A DNA stretch of 64,000 bases from a virus: IMG/VR virus record IMGVR_UViG_3300030099_006646, positions 32,001 to 96,000 of that record; one strand, given 5' to 3'. Positions within the stretch are counted from its first letter, which is position 1; each line of letters begins with the position of its first letter. Shown here one piece after another: positions 40,821 through 49,155 of the stretch. The notes beneath the pieces are model-generated. The model worked only from the letters and a program-made list of their open reading frames with translations, did no database searches and was not told the DNA's origin. The translations under genes and the position numbers were made by a program.

Positions 40821-42752
40821 ATGGCTAGCAAGAAAAACACAAGGAACCCTCAAAGTAACCTCTTTAAACAACTTACCCGTTTATTTTCAGGTCCTATCAC
40901 AGATTACAGAAGGCAAAATCCTAGAAAAGAAAGAAGACGCCAGCTAGACAAATATAGTTTTCAATCTGCCGGTGGATTAGAGTTTAAAAAGAGCGCTTAT
41001 GACCCATACAAAAACCTTGGAGCCAACTTCTTTAACAATCAAAGCCGTATGGAAAGATACCTTGACTTTGACCAAATGGAGTATTCTCCAGAGCTTCACT
41101 CTGCTTTAGATATTTATGCAGATGAAATGACAACTTCTAACGAGTTTAGCCCTCTTTTAGGTATCGCCTGTCCTAACGAAGAAATACGCTTTACTCTTGA
41201 GAACCTTTATCACAACGTCCTAAACATTGATTTTAATCTTTTTGGCTGGTGTCGCACAATGTGCAAGTATGGAGATTATTTCCTTTACCTTGATATTGAC
41301 GACGAACAAGGAATTAAAAACGCCATCGGTCTTCCAGCAAAAGAGATTGAGCGCTTAGAAGGCGAAGACCCAACAAATCCAAACTACGTCCAGTTCCAAT
41401 GGAACTCGGGCGGTCTAACTTTCGAAAACTGGCAAATGGCTCATTTTCGTATCTTAGGCAACGACAAACACGCTCCCTACGGGACATCCGTCCTCGACCC
41501 CGCTCGTCGCATTTGGCGACAACTTACACTCCTTGAAGATGCTATGATGGCTTATCGTATTGTTAGAGCACCAGAAAGAAGAGTTTTTTATATTGATACT
41601 GGTAATATTTCTCCCGAAGATGTCGAACAATACATGCAGAAAGTCATGACCCAAATGAAGCGCAATCAAGTTGTAGATGCCGACACAGGTCGAGTCGATC
41701 TTCGCTACAACCCTATGTCTGTTGAAGAAGACTATTGGGTTCCCGTAAGAGGAGCAACTAACACTCGTATTGAAAACCTTCCAGGTGGAACCTATACAGG
41801 TGACATTGATGACGTTAAGTATTTAAGAGATAAACTATTCAGCGCAATCAAAATCCCTGCATCTTACCTCTCTGCCACCGACGAAGGTGGAGAAGATAAG
41901 ACAACTCTCTCGCAGAAAGACATTCGTTTCGCCAGAACAATTCAGCGGCTTCAAAGAGCTGTTATTTCTGAGCTTGAAAAGATTGGTGTTATCCATCTTT
42001 ATACGCTCGGCTTCAGAGGAGAGGATTTGGTTTCATTTAGCTTGACTTTAAATAATCCTTCTAAAATCGCTGAACTCCAAGAACTTGAACACTGGAGAAC
42101 AAAATTTGAAGTTGCTTCTTCTGCCACAGAAGGCTTCTTTAGCAAACGTTGGATTTTCGAGAATTTATTCAATATGTCACATGAAGATATCAATAGAGTT
42201 CAAAGAGAAAAGTTTTACGATAAAAAATATGATACTGCCTTAGAAGGAACTACAGAAGAAGCTCTTGGAGACACAGCCGGTGGTGCAGGTTTTGATACAG
42301 GCGGGGAGGGTGATCTGTTCGATGATGCCGGTGGAGATGACCTTGAAGCCCCTGATGCCGAAGGTGCCGATCTAGATCTTGAAGAACCCGCTGCTGAAGA
42401 AGCGCCTGCTGAAGAAGAATCTCCAACAGGTGGTCTTATAACAGCTCCTGGCAAAAGAGATGATGAAAATTATAAAGTAACAAAAGTTGATAAAATGGGA
42501 AATAAAAAAGAAACAACTACCGCCTCAAACGGAAAGTGGAATACTCCTGTAAGTCACGATCGCAGAACTTCTTCTGGTCCTCGAAAAAGACAAATAAAAG
42601 CCAAAGGAGATATCCCACAGCCAATGAAAAGCTTAGGTCGTGGTATCACAGAAGAACTTGCTACTACTTATAAGAAGGAAGAAGAACTTTTGTTTCAGAC
42701 AAAGATAGATATTGATAATCTTATAGCTGGCTTGGAGAACAAAATTAAATGA
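40821..42752 (+). CDS. Portal protein (T4 gp20-like)
   Basis: ALDIYADE; LLEDAMMAYRIVRAPERRVFYIDTGN; EDYWVP; LPGG; DDVKY. Confidence 0.95.
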   Translation: MASKKNTRNPQSNLFKQLTRLFSGPITDYRRQNPRKERRRQLDKYSFQSAGGLEFKKSAYDPYKNLGANFFNNQSRMERYLDFDQMEYSPELHSALDIYADEMTTSNEFSPLLGIACPNEEIRFTLENLYHNVLNIDFNLFGWCRTMCKYGDYFLYLDIDDEQGIKNAIGLPAKEIERLEGEDPTNPNYVQFQWNSGGLTFENWQMAHFRILGNDKHAPYGTSVLDPARRIWRQLTLLEDAMMAYRIVRAPERRVFYIDTGNISPEDVEQYMQKVMTQMKRNQVVDADTGRVDLRYNPMSVEEDYWVPVRGATNTRIENLPGGTYTGDIDDVKYLRDKLFSAIKIPASYLSATDEGGEDKTTLSQKDIRFARTIQRLQRAVISELEKIGVIHLYTLGFRGEDLVSFSLTLNNPSKIAELQELEHWRTKFEVASSATEGFFSKRWIFENLFNMSHEDINRVQREKFYDKKYDTALEGTTEEALGDTAGGAGFDTGGEGDLFDDAGGDDLEAPDAEGADLDLEEPAAEEAPAEEESPTGGLITAPGKRDDENYKVTKVDKMGNKKETTTASNGKWNTPVSHDRRTSSGPRKRQIKAKGDIPQPMKSLGRGITEELATTYKKEEELLFQTKIDIDNLIAGLENKIK

Positions 42753-43567
42753 AATTTAAACATAATAAAAAAAGAAATACCGCTTTTGTATTTGAGAGCT
42801 TAGTGAGAGAAGTTGTAAAGAGCGTTATTTCTGAAGATCTTGATCGCAAAAACAAAATAATCAAAACACTTAAAACATTCTTTAACAAAGAAACTGAACT
42901 TTATAAAGAGTTGCAAATTTATAACTCTATCTTGGAAACAAGAGATATGGATAAAGAGTTAAAAGAAAAGGTTATCAAAGAAGCAAGATTTCAACACTCC
43001 AAGCTTGATAAGGATTCTATTTTTAATTCTCAAACATCTCTTATCAACGAAATCAATAAAAATGTAACAAAAGATCTTTTTAACAATTTTATCCCTAACT
43101 ACAAGAACTTAGCTACGATTTATAACTTTTTAAACTTGGATGTTGCTCCAAAAAAGAAAGTTATTTTAGAAAGCAAGCTTGTAGAGGAACTAAAACAACT
43201 TGAAGAAGAAAAGAAAGTCCCAACAGACCAGCTTACTTTTAATGTTTTTATGAAAAAATATAACAAGCAATATGGCGATGGACTCTTACAGGAACAAAAA
43301 ACACTTCTCAACAAATACATCACGTCTTTCTCCGACAACGGGCTTGGATTAAAAGTCTTCCTTAACGAAGAAGTTGGACGTATCAAGACAAAACTAAAAG
43401 AAACTCTTGAGACAGAGCTTGTAAAAGAAAACGATGGTATTAAAGAAAAAATCCTAAAGGTTACAGAGATTGTAGAATCTTTGAAAAGTCAACCTATCAA
43501 TCAAGATGTTCTCAAAAGTATTCTTAAAATACAAAACTTGTTAAGTGAGATGGAACAAAATGGCTAA
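42749..43567 (+). CDS. Hypothetical head-module protein
   Basis: MKFKHNKKRNTAFVFE; helical; overlaps the portal stop. Confidence 0.65.
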   Translation: MKFKHNKKRNTAFVFESLVREVVKSVISEDLDRKNKIIKTLKTFFNKETELYKELQIYNSILETRDMDKELKEKVIKEARFQHSKLDKDSIFNSQTSLINEINKNVTKDLFNNFIPNYKNLATIYNFLNLDVAPKKKVILESKLVEELKQLEEEKKVPTDQLTFNVFMKKYNKQYGDGLLQEQKTLLNKYITSFSDNGLGLKVFLNEEVGRIKTKLKETLETELVKENDGIKEKILKVTEIVESLKSQPINQDVLKSILKIQNLLSEMEQNG

Positions 43568-44084
43568 AGAAATTAATGTAACAGTAAAATATAAGAAACT
43601 TATTGAAGTTGCCTTGGATGTCAAGAAGTCTTTGGATGGAAATCTCATGATCTTCGACCATAAAGATATTGATATTGTTATCATTACAGAAAGCAAGAAG
43701 GTTGTTACATTCCCAAAAAACGAATATTCCAAGCACGTTTATCCAACGCAAGACAAGTTATTTAATTATTTAAGGCGCGATGGTGTTATTAAATACGACA
43801 GCATTAAAGGTGGAAACATTTTTATGTCTATGGAAGCTATGATTGCAGAATCAGAAGAAGTTAATTCTATTGATGCAACACTCTACTCTATCTCTAAGTT
43901 TATGACTGAAGAAAGAGAAATTTTTAAATACGAAGATGAGATGATGCAGCAGGAGGAAGAAAACCTCACAGATCCTTCACCAGAGGACTCAACAGAACTT
44001 GGAGAGGTCCCACAAGACCCAAGGAAAGGGAGCATCGTTCCAGGCATTAACCCTTATGGTCTACCTGCACAATACAACATGTGA
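43560..44084 (+). CDS. Hypothetical protein
   Basis: Start placed at ATG 43560; acidic C-terminus. Confidence 0.6.
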   Translation: MAKEINVTVKYKKLIEVALDVKKSLDGNLMIFDHKDIDIVIITESKKVVTFPKNEYSKHVYPTQDKLFNYLRRDGVIKYDSIKGGNIFMSMEAMIAESEEVNSIDATLYSISKFMTEEREIFKYEDEMMQQEEENLTDPSPEDSTELGEVPQDPRKGSIVPGINPYGLPAQYNM

Positions 44085-44088
44085 TTGA

Positions 44089-44403
44089 ATGGATTTAGTT
44101 TATTTTATTTTATGTGCCTATGGCATGACGCAGATTATTCTTTATGGTTCTATCTTTAATAAAATTCGACCTTCTAAAGATTGGCTTAAAGGCTTCGGAA
44201 AATTATTTCACTGCGCGATGTGCATGGGCTTTTGGGTAGGAGTTTTTCTTGCTTTTTTAAGTCCTTTTTGTTCTTTGTGGCAGTATGAACTTAGTGCTGC
44301 TAATATTTTTCTTCTAGGGTGTCTATCGTCGGGAGCATCGTATATTTTAAACCGCCTTGTGAATGACGACGGAGTTTCTATCACTTTAAATAAAAATGAA
44401 TGA
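44089..44403 (+). CDS. Membrane protein with CxxC (DUF1360-like)
   Basis: Three hydrophobic segments; LFHCAMCMGFWVG. Confidence 0.6.
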   Translation: MDLVYFILCAYGMTQIILYGSIFNKIRPSKDWLKGFGKLFHCAMCMGFWVGVFLAFLSPFCSLWQYELSAANIFLLGCLSSGASYILNRLVNDDGVSITLNKNE

Positions 44404-44463
44404 TGCTTTAAGTGCTTAAAGATACTATTTATTGTGGTATTTTATATTTAGGAGTCTAGTAAA

Positions 44464-44529
44464 ATGCAAAGACAAAACACCCCCCGAGTTAGACGCTGTT
44501 GCAGCGGAAGTAATACCAAGCAGGGGTGA
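44464..44529 (+). CDS. 21-aa leader-like peptide MQRQNTPRVRRCCSGSNTKQG
   Basis: TACTATTTAT motif at 44423, TTAGGAG SD, ATG 44464, TGA 44527-44529. Confidence 0.55.
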   Translation: MQRQNTPRVRRCCSGSNTKQG

Positions 44530-44544
44530 GCCCTGCTTCTTTTT
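44518..44544 (+). terminator. Intrinsic terminator-like hairpin overlapping the leader stop codon
   Basis: AAGCAGGG-GTGAG-CCCTGCTT followed by CTTTTT. Confidence 0.6.
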
Positions 44545-44556
44545 AGGAAATAAAAT

Positions 44557-45177
44557 ATGACTAAACAACTTATTAGAGAATTTTATGAACTTTGCCCTGA
44601 TGGTAACTGCGTTATGGACGTGTTGACTGAGGGCGAAAAAACCCGTCGTGATAATGGATCAGTGTTTCTTGTTGGTATTTGCCAAAAAGCAGGCACAAAA
44701 AACGGAAACGGCAGGGTTTATCCTAAAAACGTCTTGGAAAGAGAGATAGAAAACTATCAACAACTTGTTCGCGAAAGACGCGCACTTGGAGAGCTTGACC
44801 ATCCAGACGATTCTGTCATTAATCTTAAAAATGCTTCACACCTTATCACAAAAATGTGGTGGGATGGGGACAGTGTAATGGGAAAGATTGAAGTTTTAGA
44901 CACTCCGTCCGGTAAAATACTTAAAGACCTTTTGAACTCTGGCGTAAAGTTGGGAATTTCCTCCAGAGGTATGGGATCTGTAAAAGAATCTATGGGCGCT
45001 TTAACTGTAGAAGACGATTTTCAACTTATTTGTTTTGATATGGTAGCTGACCCTTCTACTCCTGGTGCTTTTATGAACCTTTCAGAGTCTAAAAAGACAC
45101 CGACCTTTACAAAGGAACTTTCCCAAGTTGATAAAATCAACTTTGCTTTAAATGACATCCTCAAGGAGGCAAAATGA
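44557..45177 (+). CDS. Prohead core protease (T4 gp21-like)
   Basis: NGNGRVYP, ALGELDHP, SHLI, LDTPSGK, GISSRGMGS, DMVADPS. Confidence 0.95.
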   Translation: MTKQLIREFYELCPDGNCVMDVLTEGEKTRRDNGSVFLVGICQKAGTKNGNGRVYPKNVLEREIENYQQLVRERRALGELDHPDDSVINLKNASHLITKMWWDGDSVMGKIEVLDTPSGKILKDLLNSGVKLGISSRGMGSVKESMGALTVEDDFQLICFDMVADPSTPGAFMNLSESKKTPTFTKELSQVDKINFALNDILKEAK

Positions 45178-45578
45178 AAAAAGCAGAACTAAAAAGAGCT
45201 TTAAAGCCCCTAGTCAAAGAATGCATCAAAGAAGTATTATTTGAAGACGGTGTGTTATCTGGTATTATTGCCGAAGTCGTCACAGGTCTCGGAGCAGGTC
45301 AAGTTGTCATGGAACAAAAAACCCAACAAGTTGACCAAGAAGCTCTTCTTCGCGAAAAGGCAGAGCAAATGGAAGCCGAAAGACAAAGAAGAATAAAAAG
45401 ACTCAATGAAAGTTCTGGATTAGGCAAGAAGGTTAACGTATTTGAAAGCGTTAAACCGATTCAAGAATCCAAGCAAAGCGGTCCTTCCCCGCTTGCTGGA
45501 ACATCTCCAGGCGACAGCGGAGTTGACATCTCAGGCATTATGAATGTCTCGCGCCATAATTGGAAGGACCTCATCTAA
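45174..45578 (+). CDS. Hypothetical prohead core-like protein
   Basis: MKKAELKRALKPLVKECIKEVLFE, similar in pattern to the 33745 N-terminus. Confidence 0.55.
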   Translation: MKKAELKRALKPLVKECIKEVLFEDGVLSGIIAEVVTGLGAGQVVMEQKTQQVDQEALLREKAEQMEAERQRRIKRLNESSGLGKKVNVFESVKPIQESKQSGPSPLAGTSPGDSGVDISGIMNVSRHNWKDLI

Positions 45579-45587
45579 GGGAAAATA

Positions 45588-45806
45588 ATGGCAAAACCAA
45601 AAAATTTAGAAGTAACTTTGCAGCAATGTAAAGGAGATCAAAACAGACTAATCAAGAGATTTATTAAAAAATTTAAAAAGTCTGGAATAATGGACGAGTT
45701 GAGAGATAGAAGGTTCCATCAAAAGAAATCAGACAAAAGAAGAAGAAAGAAAAACCAAAGAAAGAGAATACTTAAAAAAGAGCAACAAAAAAGAGGAGTT
45801 AAATAA
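45588..45806 (+). CDS. rpsU: Phage-encoded ribosomal protein bS21
   Basis: LIKRFIKKFKKSGIMDELRDRRFHQKKSDKRRRKK matches the bS21 pattern (LRRFKR..K.G...E.R.R..Y.KPS..R..K). Confidence 0.8.
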   Translation: MAKPKNLEVTLQQCKGDQNRLIKRFIKKFKKSGIMDELRDRRFHQKKSDKRRRKKNQRKRILKKEQQKRGVK

Positions 45807-46279
45807 TGTCAGTTTTTGAACAATATTCACCAGGGCTTGGAAGCGTAGGAAATTATCAGGTAGCAGGGACACCTTGGCTTACATCGTCAACCATCCCAGC
45901 TTCTGGCAATGTAGCTAATACTTCAAGAAATTCTAGCACGCAACATATCCAGTTTCCTTACGTTACAAAGCAGATTACAATAGAAAACATTGGAACAGGA
46001 GAAATCTGCTTTACTCTTAAGGACGAAGGAAATGCTCTTGGCGATGGCGTTAACGGTGGTCACTCCTTTACTATTCCTCCATCAGGATCAAATGGATCGC
46101 CTCTTAGTAGAGTGACTCTTGACATGAAAACAAAAGAAATTTTTATCTCAAACAAACATAATCAACCTGGAGGCTTTCAGGTTTATGCTTCTTTAACAAG
46201 AATCGACAGAAGACACATGTTTGAACTCACAGGATCTGGTATTAACAGCGAGCCAGGTGATACAACAATCGTACCATAA
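45806..46279 (+). CDS. Putative virion structural/decoration protein
   Basis: Beta-rich, Gly/Ser-rich; lies between bS21 and the fibre genes. Confidence 0.5.
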   Translation: MSVFEQYSPGLGSVGNYQVAGTPWLTSSTIPASGNVANTSRNSSTQHIQFPYVTKQITIENIGTGEICFTLKDEGNALGDGVNGGHSFTIPPSGSNGSPLSRVTLDMKTKEIFISNKHNQPGGFQVYASLTRIDRRHMFELTGSGINSEPGDTTIVP

Positions 46280-46296
46280 CAGCTTAGGGGAAGGAA

Positions 46297-49002
46297 ATGC
46301 CAGTCAGTTTTATTGGAGCAGGAAATTTTAAAGGAACTTGGGACGCTAATGCAAATAGCGGTTCCGCTGATTTTTTAAACACAGGAGAGCCTTTACTAGC
46401 CTCCTCGGCAAGTGCGACTGCCGGATACAATGTTGCTGTAACTCCAGCACAAACTGCCTCTGTAGGCGATTACTGGCAGGTTACAACTGCTGGATCTACA
46501 AACATTGATGGCGAGACTAACTGGCAACTTAACGATTGGTGTCTTTATGTAAGCTCTTCAGACAATGGACTTCACTGGCGAAGATTAAGTGTATCAGATA
46601 CTGTTGCATCTGTCACTATTGGAGAAGCTTCTTCAGAAGGACTAAAGACAGATCTTCTTGCAAGCGCTAGTGCTCAAAGCGGACCTAATAACGCTTATGG
46701 CAAAAATGGAGAGATTTTATTTTGCTCTTCTTCGGATGCCGCAGGTAACAACAAATATTTTGAAGGAAGCAACGCCCTTACTTGGAATTCTAATGGAAGC
46801 GTTCTCAATCTTACAGGAACTCTTAAAGTTTCTGGAACAATCGAAGCAACAACACTGCACACTGTCGAGGTAACCTCTAGTGTATTGTTCGAAGACGGTT
46901 CAACTCGCTTTGGAAATTCAACAGACGATAGTCACGAGTTTAGTGGTTCTGTTTATGTTTTAACTGGTTTAACCTCAAGCGCGGGTATTTCTGGCTCTTA
47001 TCTTATGGGCGATGGTTCCCGACTAACTGGAATTACTGCTGGCTCTACTCTTGGGAATCCTGGCTATGGAAACGCTGCTACTTCTAGAGTTCCTTTCTTT
47101 GGGGTAATCGACGGTGCCAGCAAGCTTGGATTAAGCGGCTCGGCAAATTTTAGCTTCTTTACTGCCTCTAACGATCTTCAGGTTACTGGAAATATCCGCG
47201 CTAGCAATCTTTATGTTGGAGACTTTATTTACCACGAAGGCGATACTGATACGTATGTCCGCTTTCAAAATGGTGGAATCACCACGGCTGCTGATGCTAC
47301 TGTAGGTTCTGTTTTGACGTCCACAGGACTCACGATAAACCCAGGAAATGCAACCGGGTTTGATTTCTTAGTAGAGACTGCGAACTTTACCCGAGGCTTA
47401 CATGTAGATGGTGGAAGCGACAATGTAGGTATACGAACTGCTCCCTCTGGTGTCATCGAGGCTTTAGTAGTATCAGGCTCTACCCTGTTTGGTTCTGCAA
47501 GCGCTAGCACACATAGATTTACAGGCTCTTTGGTTGTCAGCAATGGCATATACACAACCCAAGATATTATTCACTGGGACGATACCAACACAAAAATAAC
47601 TTTTACAGACGATCAGATTGACTTTACAGCAGGAGGCGTCACGCTTTTATCTCTCGATGAGACAACTCAAGATATTGTTATTGTTGGTGACGGCACAGAC
47701 GTAGACTTCCAGGTCAAAGGTTTGAATGATAATCATGCTATATTCCTTGAAGGATCATCAGATAAAGTTGGAATAGGATTTAGCTCCCCCGCAGAGAAAT
47801 TATCAGTATCAGGTTCTACTGTCTTCGGGCGACCAAATGGTGAAGCAGACAAGCACACTTTTTCAGGCTCTGTTTATGTTTCCGATGACATTCATGTTGC
47901 CGACAGGATTTCTCACTTAGATGATTCAAATACTTTCTTCAACTTTAATGCAGACACTATCAACGCTACTGTTGGAGGCATTAGAGCTTTTGAGAACTCC
48001 ACAAATACATTTGAGTTCAATCCCGATGGAGAAACCTTCACTGTAAGTGCCCAAGGATCTTCTATATCTAACACTTTCTATATAAATGGACCAGCAGATA
48101 ACGTTGGAATACGATGCGCTCCTCTCAATTTACCAGAAGCTTTAGCTGTTTCTGGCTCAACCTTGTTCGGATCAGCCAGCGCAAACAGTCACCAGTTTAC
48201 AGGCTCTGTATATGTAAGCAATAACATAGCTTTTGCAGGCAACCTTCAAAACGCCGCAGATGATGATACTTATATCGATTTCCTCACAGATAGAATGCGC
48301 TTCTTTGCAGGTAATATTCAGTTTGCTGATTTCCTTGAATCTGCCACGGGACAAGATGCAATAACTTTCAATGGTAATAGTAGCGACGTTGACCTGATTA
48401 TTAAATCCGACCCAGGTGGAGGAACTGCAACAACTGCACATTCACACACTGTGTTTGTTGAAGCTTCTTCTGCTAGAGTCGGTATAGCGGAATCCTCTCC
48501 TGGAGCCCAGCTTGATGTATCTGGCTCAACTATTATTGGACGAAACGACGGTGCTACTATCTCTAGCAATCAAATCAGAGGTACGCTGTATGTAACAGGA
48601 AATGTTGGAATTAATACGGCAGTTACGGGATATTCCTTAACTCTTCCAAACTCAGATGACTTTTTAGGTCGAGGCATGGCTTATGCTTGGTCTACTTATT
48701 CATCTGCCCGATACAAGCAGAATGTCACACCTTTATCTAATCCAATTGAAACAGCCAAAAAACTACAAGGTGTCGAATTTACGTGGAAAGAATCTGGGCA
48801 TAAAGATTTTGGATTTATTGCAGAGGAAGTTGGAAAGGTCTTACCACAGCTAGTCTCTTATGAACCAGGCGGAAAAAATGCCATTGGAATGGACTACTCT
48901 AAAATCACTTCTCTATTGGTTGAGTGCGTAAAGCAACAACAAGAACAAATAGAAACACAAGAAGACAGAATAAAACAACTAGAAAAAAAATTAAAATCTT
49001 AA
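46297..49002 (+). CDS. Fibre protein with repeats and C-terminal peptidase S74 chaperone
   Basis: Repeated VSGST.FG...H.F[ST]GS.YV units; C-terminal YSSARYKQNV, LQGVEFTWK, GFIAEEV, MDYSKI and coiled coil. Confidence 0.8.
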   Translation: MPVSFIGAGNFKGTWDANANSGSADFLNTGEPLLASSASATAGYNVAVTPAQTASVGDYWQVTTAGSTNIDGETNWQLNDWCLYVSSSDNGLHWRRLSVSDTVASVTIGEASSEGLKTDLLASASAQSGPNNAYGKNGEILFCSSSDAAGNNKYFEGSNALTWNSNGSVLNLTGTLKVSGTIEATTLHTVEVTSSVLFEDGSTRFGNSTDDSHEFSGSVYVLTGLTSSAGISGSYLMGDGSRLTGITAGSTLGNPGYGNAATSRVPFFGVIDGASKLGLSGSANFSFFTASNDLQVTGNIRASNLYVGDFIYHEGDTDTYVRFQNGGITTAADATVGSVLTSTGLTINPGNATGFDFLVETANFTRGLHVDGGSDNVGIRTAPSGVIEALVVSGSTLFGSASASTHRFTGSLVVSNGIYTTQDIIHWDDTNTKITFTDDQIDFTAGGVTLLSLDETTQDIVIVGDGTDVDFQVKGLNDNHAIFLEGSSDKVGIGFSSPAEKLSVSGSTVFGRPNGEADKHTFSGSVYVSDDIHVADRISHLDDSNTFFNFNADTINATVGGIRAFENSTNTFEFNPDGETFTVSAQGSSISNTFYINGPADNVGIRCAPLNLPEALAVSGSTLFGSASANSHQFTGSVYVSNNIAFAGNLQNAADDDTYIDFLTDRMRFFAGNIQFADFLESATGQDAITFNGNSSDVDLIIKSDPGGGTATTAHSHTVFVEASSARVGIAESSPGAQLDVSGSTIIGRNDGATISSNQIRGTLYVTGNVGINTAVTGYSLTLPNSDDFLGRGMAYAWSTYSSARYKQNVTPLSNPIETAKKLQGVEFTWKESGHKDFGFIAEEVGKVLPQLVSYEPGGKNAIGMDYSKITSLLVECVKQQQEQIETQEDRIKQLEKKLKS

Positions 49003-49090
49003 GTAGTTGTTATCTTTAACAAAGCCTCTGCGCCTTGTTTTTTCTTGATAAAATAAGTATTTTTCCTTATTTTCTTTCCTATTTATTTGC

Positions 49091-49120
49091 GGTGAGGGAC
49101 AAGTGTATCTTGCCCTTGCC
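49091..49120 (+). promoter_or_regulatory. 5' leader hairpin following CCTATTTAT motif
   Basis: GGTGAGGG-A-CAAG-TGTAT-CTTG-CCCTTGCC. Confidence 0.5.
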
Positions 49121-49155
49121 AATAACATAATAACAAACAAGGGAGAAAATTTATT

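Noticed and set aside
39243-42752. Introns or inteins in terminase or portal
   Set aside because: The ORFs are contiguous and of ordinary length, with no splicing or homing endonuclease motifs seen.
44527-44553. Selenocysteine read-through of the leader peptide TGA
   Set aside because: The UGA lies in the hairpin loop rather than upstream of it, and read-through would add only ALLLFRK.
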